IMG/VR virus record: IMGVR_UViG_3300019124_000098
Coordinates: 1 to 30,844 of that record
Reading direction: 5' to 3' (one strand)
Length of the DNA: 30,844 nucleotides
Source: a virus
Taxonomy: Duplodnaviria; Caudoviricetes
Under the pieces are notes generated by a model. It was not told the DNA's origin, searched no databases, and saw nothing but the letters and a program-made list of their open reading frames with translations. Both the position numbers and the translations under genes were made by a program. Positions 26,133 through 30,844 of the stretch are shown here, piece by piece. The first letter of the stretch is position 1; each line of letters opens with the position of its first letter.

Positions 26133-28815
26133 TAATTTACGCGGTAACGAGAAGATCAAAGATAGTTTTGGCAAAATCAACGATGGATTTGCCGCTGTTG
26201 AGGAAGATATCACAATGGCGCGTACCGAAACCATCGGAGCAAGCCGGATTGCCAATAACAGCATCCCGGCGAGTAAGCTGAAGCAGGACACCAATGCGGA
26301 TAAAATTCAGCCGGCGAACCTTTCAGCTGAAGTGATATCCATGATGAACGGACAGTCCCCTACTGGAACCACGCCGACGGACGGAAGTGTCACGACGGAA
26401 AAGATCGCGACGGGGGCGGTAACTCGTGAGAAGTTGGAAACGACGCTTGACGAATTGATTCACGAAACGTTTGACGAAGCCACTTATTCTAACCAATATG
26501 TGTACGCGATCATCGATAGCGCCAACAACATCGCTTTCGCGATTCGCCCGGACGGTCAGATCGTTGCTAAAGTTAACTCGGACATCGTCGGCAATTCGTC
26601 TACGGTCAGCGGACCTACGTTGACGGCGGCGCTTGACACGCTGAAGGAGTTGATCGACTCGCTCGGTTCTGGGAGCGTGGCGAACACTTCGGATGTCGAG
26701 GGTGCGACAGTCACGGACGCGCTTAATGAATTGAAATCCGGAGCGCACCAAGAGATGCTCCCGGAGGAAGCCGAGGAATACGCTTATGTCATTATCGACT
26801 CCAAGAACAACATCGCTTTCGGAATAAAGTCGGATGGCACGCTCGTAGCGAAGTTCTCGGTGGACAATATTCCCGACGCGAGCATCACGAAAGCCAAGCT
26901 GTCCGCAGAAGTTTCCGACAGTGTTGCCGAACATTTAAGCGAAGAAAGCGGCTTTGTCTATTCGATCGTGGATACCGCGGACAAGATCGCCTTCGGTATT
27001 AAAACAAACGGCAAGTCGTATTTCAATCTCGATCCTGCCTCGATCCCGGACGGTAGCGTGACGGAAGAGAAGTTGGCAGAAGAGGTTTCAACGCAGCTTA
27101 TGGACATTAACAATGGGAACGACGTCGCCCCGGTCGAGCCGGATGAATTGCGTTTCAAATACGGAGAGATCGCCGTGACGACGGAATCGAGCGGGCATGG
27201 ATGGGCGAAGTTTCCACGTTTGCTGACTCCGGTAATCAAAGGGTTCAACAAGACGGGTACATCTATCGAAGCAAGGAGACGGAGCGGGCTTGTCCTCCGG
27301 GGCCGTCATTATCGGGGGACATACAATCCGATCGACGGCAATCCCGGAAGCATCAACCGTCGCGGGGATATTGGTGAAACGACGTCGTTCCCGCCGTCGT
27401 CCGGCACTTTCGCAGTCGGTGATTATTACCGAATGACATGGTACCTCGCCCGAACTTTCACGGTCGATGGACAGCAGTACACGATGAACGCGGGGGACAA
27501 CTTCGTCTGGAACGGCACGACTTGGGTTGTACAACGTCGCCCGGACATTAATGTTCCGGGGGGTTGGTTCATCGTTACGCATCAAGGATATTACGGCGGG
27601 ACGGAATACAAGGTAAACGACAAGATGATGTACCTCGCGAGACAGACGAACGGCGGTCCGGTTTATCATCATTATCATGTCATGGACGCGGTGAAAGGCG
27701 AAAACTCGCTACGCGGCGAGTGGAATCCGGCTGACGGACTCCCGAGCGCTCCGCTCGAAGGTGACGTGTGGATCGCAAGCGCTGCGGGAACGGCTGGCGG
27801 GATCACGTTCGCGAAAGACGACATGCTGGTTTACGAGTCGGCGGCTTGGGGGAAAATGCCGACCGAACCGATCAGAACGTTCGCGAATAACGAGTACATG
27901 TTCCTTCCGTGCATCCGTAATGCAGACGAATGGGAAGTGCGTCGGGCTGACAAGTCGGCGACGAGGGTGACGCTGAAACTTCGGGCGTACAGCCAGCGCG
28001 GCCGCCCGCGTTCAAGTCGAAATAAAGCTATGTGGGGCGATTCAATGACGGCGGGTATCGCAAGTCACGTCATCTCCCAATTCCCCGGTCAGACGGTACA
28101 GGTCAACGGTTACGGTGGCGCGACCTCCTCGAACATTCTCTCGATGATGCACAGAGAAATTCTCATAGGCGGGGATCGTTATAGAGGATGGACGCACATC
28201 CTTTGGTTCGGTCAAAACAACGGCAACGATGAAACGATGTATTGCGTTCCGAAGGCTTTGGAAATCATCGGCTCCTTGAACGCCGAACGAGTCGTTCTTA
28301 TGTCGGTTTTGGGGCAACGTGTGTGTACGTGGGATGGCTCTCGGATCAAGGTTCCGCAGCATGAGGATCAGTTGAACCAAGTCGCCGGCTCGCGTTACGA
28401 CTTGGTATCTTTCTACCAAAACACGTATCCCGAGAGTTTCTTCAATACCCGGGCGTACGCTTGCGCGGGCGCAAGCAGCGACATTCCGGCGCTCGACTTT
28501 CCGGGCATGTCTGAGAAAGAAGTAGCCGACACGTACGGGATCGTGCCGCTGTCCTATTTCCTCACCATGACGACCAAGCCGTGGCAACCGCAGGACTTGA
28601 ATTTCGTCGGATACCGCAGCACTTCGGGTCTTCCTACCGGGGGGAATCCGAACGACTATTACATCCGCAACGGCGGGGGGACGATCGGCGCGATCATCGT
28701 CAACGTCGATGGCACATGGACGGAGTACACGTACGATCAGACGCACATTAACGACGCTGGCGAAGCGGTTCTGGCAGAAGCATTAAAAGAATTCATTGAA
28801 GCGAAAGGGTGGTAG
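26116..28815 (+). CDS. Tail fibre/receptor-binding protein with C-terminal SGNH hydrolase domain
   Basis: GTG after AAGGAG. DGSVTxEK-type repeats. SGNH blocks WGDSMT, GYGGATS, FGQNN and DQTH. Confidence 0.82.
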   Translation: MPNKYSNLRGNEKIKDSFGKINDGFAAVEEDITMARTETIGASRIANNSIPASKLKQDTNADKIQPANLSAEVISMMNGQSPTGTTPTDGSVTTEKIATGAVTREKLETTLDELIHETFDEATYSNQYVYAIIDSANNIAFAIRPDGQIVAKVNSDIVGNSSTVSGPTLTAALDTLKELIDSLGSGSVANTSDVEGATVTDALNELKSGAHQEMLPEEAEEYAYVIIDSKNNIAFGIKSDGTLVAKFSVDNIPDASITKAKLSAEVSDSVAEHLSEESGFVYSIVDTADKIAFGIKTNGKSYFNLDPASIPDGSVTEEKLAEEVSTQLMDINNGNDVAPVEPDELRFKYGEIAVTTESSGHGWAKFPRLLTPVIKGFNKTGTSIEARRRSGLVLRGRHYRGTYNPIDGNPGSINRRGDIGETTSFPPSSGTFAVGDYYRMTWYLARTFTVDGQQYTMNAGDNFVWNGTTWVVQRRPDINVPGGWFIVTHQGYYGGTEYKVNDKMMYLARQTNGGPVYHHYHVMDAVKGENSLRGEWNPADGLPSAPLEGDVWIASAAGTAGGITFAKDDMLVYESAAWGKMPTEPIRTFANNEYMFLPCIRNADEWEVRRADKSATRVTLKLRAYSQRGRPRSSRNKAMWGDSMTAGIASHVISQFPGQTVQVNGYGGATSSNILSMMHREILIGGDRYRGWTHILWFGQNNGNDETMYCVPKALEIIGSLNAERVVLMSVLGQRVCTWDGSRIKVPQHEDQLNQVAGSRYDLVSFYQNTYPESFFNTRAYACAGASSDIPALDFPGMSEKEVADTYGIVPLSYFLTMTTKPWQPQDLNFVGYRSTSGLPTGGNPNDYYIRNGGGTIGAIIVNVDGTWTEYTYDQTHINDAGEAVLAEALKEFIEAKGW

Positions 28816-28817
28816 GA

Positions 28818-29729
28818 GTGGGTTTGAAATTGGTTCTTCCGGGCGTGACGTTTACCGATCCGTCGTTGCCGAAGTTGTATCCCGATCCGATCCAGTCCGA
28901 AGGTTCGTTGTTGCTTCTTGACTTTGCTCATAGCGCGGGTTGGACCGGTGACTATAACCCACCGTCCACGCTCACCTATATCCCGAACCTTGCATACGAG
29001 CAGGCGTACAAGATCATCGGCTCGGGATCTGAACAGGACTTGGCAGGACGTTATAACCAATCGAGCATCTCGGGAACTGAATCGGCACTACACAAAGTCG
29101 AGTTCAGCGGGAAGAAAGGTTTACATGTTATCGTGAGCCAGAACCCCGGATTAGGTAGCGCTCAGAACTTTAAGGTGTATGCTCCATCATTGATTAGGGA
29201 TTACATCAAGAATCACATCCAAGACGCAACTCCTAGCGGTGAGACGGTCCATGATTTCTTTGTTTCGATCTGGTACAAGACCACTCGCCCATTCGGTTCT
29301 GGTACTGCTGCAAACTTCTGCTTTGGTCAAAACTCCGGGAACTATGGCATTATCTCGACTTCCTCCGACTTCCAAGGCAGATGGAATGGAGCGGGAACTA
29401 CGAACGGGGTCAATAAGCGGGTTACGCCGAATCAAAACGTAGCCGGTGCGAATGTCCTTAAAAATACCGCACTCAATAGTTTCGCGGGGGAAAAATCCTC
29501 TAGCGACGTTATGGAGATGTGGTGGGGGCGGGCTGGCGCATGGAATGGTTTCATGGCAACGAACGCGCCGTCGTTCATTCTTTACCGCATGTATGTCGAA
29601 GACTTGACGGTTAGCGGCCGGACATACGCCGAAGTCGACGCCCTGGATTATGCCTTATGGCAAGAAGCCTTCGCTTCCGGGGGCCGATTCTTCGGGGATA
29701 CGTACACGGACCCTTCTACAATTCCGTAA
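28818..29729 (+). CDS. Tail fibre companion/minor tail protein
   Basis: Tightly coupled to the fibre stop (alternative start 28809). Beta-rich. Between fibre and lysis genes. Confidence 0.7.
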   Translation: MGLKLVLPGVTFTDPSLPKLYPDPIQSEGSLLLLDFAHSAGWTGDYNPPSTLTYIPNLAYEQAYKIIGSGSEQDLAGRYNQSSISGTESALHKVEFSGKKGLHVIVSQNPGLGSAQNFKVYAPSLIRDYIKNHIQDATPSGETVHDFFVSIWYKTTRPFGSGTAANFCFGQNSGNYGIISTSSDFQGRWNGAGTTNGVNKRVTPNQNVAGANVLKNTALNSFAGEKSSSDVMEMWWGRAGAWNGFMATNAPSFILYRMYVEDLTVSGRTYAEVDALDYALWQEAFASGGRFFGDTYTDPSTIP

Positions 29730-29732
29730 TTT

Positions 29733-29765
29733 CCTCTGGCTAACCAACCAGGGGTTTTATTATTT
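29733..29765 (+). terminator. Intrinsic terminator-like hairpin before the lysis cassette
   Basis: CCTCTGG-CTAACCAA-CCAGGGG followed by TTTTATTATTT. Confidence 0.65.
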
Positions 29766-29777
29766 CAAGGATGGTGA

Positions 29778-30092
29778 ATGCGTGTGGGAATGGATGATCC
29801 ACAGACGAAGATGTTGTCGGACCTTGCAGTCCAAGTAGGCAGGCTTGAGGTGCTGCAGGAGGCGAACACCAGGGCGATCGGTGAAATGGCGGAGAGCGTC
29901 AAAAGCTTGGTAAAGAAGCTGGATCAATCTGATGACATCGCGCGCGAAGCTGATCAGCGCGCACGCTCTGCTCACCACCGGCTCGATGGGATGAAGAACA
30001 CCATCAAATGGGCAATTGGTGTCGGGCTTAGTGTTGGCGGCTTAATGTTGACGGCAATTGGTATGCTTTGGAAGGTGGTGGAGGGATCATGA
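29778..30092 (+). CDS. XhlA-like/holin-like lysis protein
   Basis: Coiled coil, ARSAHHRLD and one C-terminal TM segment. Directly before the endolysin. Start uncertain (29778, 29784 or 29790). Confidence 0.75.
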   Translation: MRVGMDDPQTKMLSDLAVQVGRLEVLQEANTRAIGEMAESVKSLVKKLDQSDDIAREADQRARSAHHRLDGMKNTIKWAIGVGLSVGGLMLTAIGMLWKVVEGS

Positions 30093-30844
30093 AGCCCCTC
30101 TTGATTATTGACCCAGGCCACGGCGGTACCGACCCCGGCGGCGGATCGAGTGAATATTTCGAGGAAAAGGTTCTTGTACTAGAGATCAGTCGTTACCAGG
30201 CCGAGCGGTTTAAGCAGCTCGGCCTTTCTGTTGCGCTCACACGCGAAAAGGACGAATACCTTGACTCGGGAAATCGAACCGCAAAGGTCCGAAACAGCGG
30301 CGCCATGTACTGTATCTCGAACCATATCAACGCGGCAGATAATCCTTCGGCGCGCGGAGTGGAGACGATCCATTCACTTCGGAATGACAGCAAGCTAGCC
30401 ACAGCGATCTTCCGCGCGATCGTCGACGAGGGTATGACGGCGCGCCGAGTGTTCACCCGGGCGTTGCCGAGCGGTAAGGATTATTATTTCATGCATCGTG
30501 AGACCGGTAGCGTGACGACCATTATCGTCGAGTATGGTTTCGCGACGAACGACGAAGACGCCAAGCTGTTGGTGAAACATTGGCGGGATTACGCGGAAGC
30601 GGTCGTGCGGGCGTTTTGTGCCCACATCGATCATCCGTACAATCCACCGGCGCAGCCGCAGGAAGTTAAGGAGCTGCCGAATATTCAGCAGGAGATCGGC
30701 GTCGAAGTAGACGGGAAGGATGCCGGCAGCGGGTACTTGATTGGCGCTGTGTCTTATATCCCAGCGCGCGTCGTCGCCGAGCAACTGGGGGCCGCAGTGA
30801 GCTGGGACGGAAAGAGTGTCATTATTAATAAGGAGCTGAAGTGA
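30089..30844 (+). CDS. Endolysin: N-acetylmuramoyl-L-alanine amidase (Amidase_3) with C-terminal stalk-like domain
   Basis: ATGA overlap. IDPGHGG...EK, ISNHIN and IVEYGF zinc motifs. C-terminal SYIPARVVAEQLGAAVSWDG. Confidence 0.93.
   Translation: MKPLLIIDPGHGGTDPGGGSSEYFEEKVLVLEISRYQAERFKQLGLSVALTREKDEYLDSGNRTAKVRNSGAMYCISNHINAADNPSARGVETIHSLRNDSKLATAIFRAIVDEGMTARRVFTRALPSGKDYYFMHRETGSVTTIIVEYGFATNDEDAKLLVKHWRDYAEAVVRAFCAHIDHPYNPPAQPQEVKELPNIQQEIGVEVDGKDAGSGYLIGAVSYIPARVVAEQLGAAVSWDGKSVIINKELK

Larger units (their letters stand above)
1..30844 (+). mobile_element. Temperate siphovirus (prophage/phage) segment: replication, packaging, head, tail and lysis modules; extends beyond both edges
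   Basis: Canonical co-oriented gene order pol-primase-nuclease-helicase-HNH-terS-terL-portal-protease-capsid-tail-lysis. No att site or integrase inside the window. Confidence 0.97.

Noticed and set aside
26116-29729. Diversity-generating retroelement targeting the fibre
   Set aside because: No reverse transcriptase and no adenine-variable TR/VR pair is visible in this window.

Overview
The window is the right-hand part of a temperate siphovirus (prophage or phage) genome. The host is probably a Paenibacillaceae member, inferred from Bacillota-type SD sequences, SigA-like promoters, 'stalk' domains and a GC-rich backbone. On the + strand, in order: a family A DNA polymerase (5' end outside the window, Leu762 type), a primase/VirE helicase, a TGTAAAC iteron array (likely origin), VRR-NUC nuclease, SNF2 helicase, hypotheticals, an ArpU/RinA-like late regulator and its probable target promoter, HNH, a probable cos region, terminase, portal, ClpP-type protease, HK97 capsid, head-tail genes, tail tube, chaperones with a -1 frameshift site, tape measure, distal tail/baseplate genes, an SGNH-esterase tail fibre with a companion protein, an XhlA/holin-like protein and an Amidase_3 endolysin. 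Four accessory insertions interrupt the backbone; three contain an antisense gene with a perfect TGnTATAAT promoter. The most interesting is an AT-rich, divergent two-gene cassette between cos and terS encoding a PD-(D/E)XK nuclease-like protein and an unknown ~100-aa protein, a candidate uncharacterised defence module. No integrase, tRNA, rRNA, CRISPR or reverse transcriptase was seen. All family calls come from motif recognition and synteny, not database searches.
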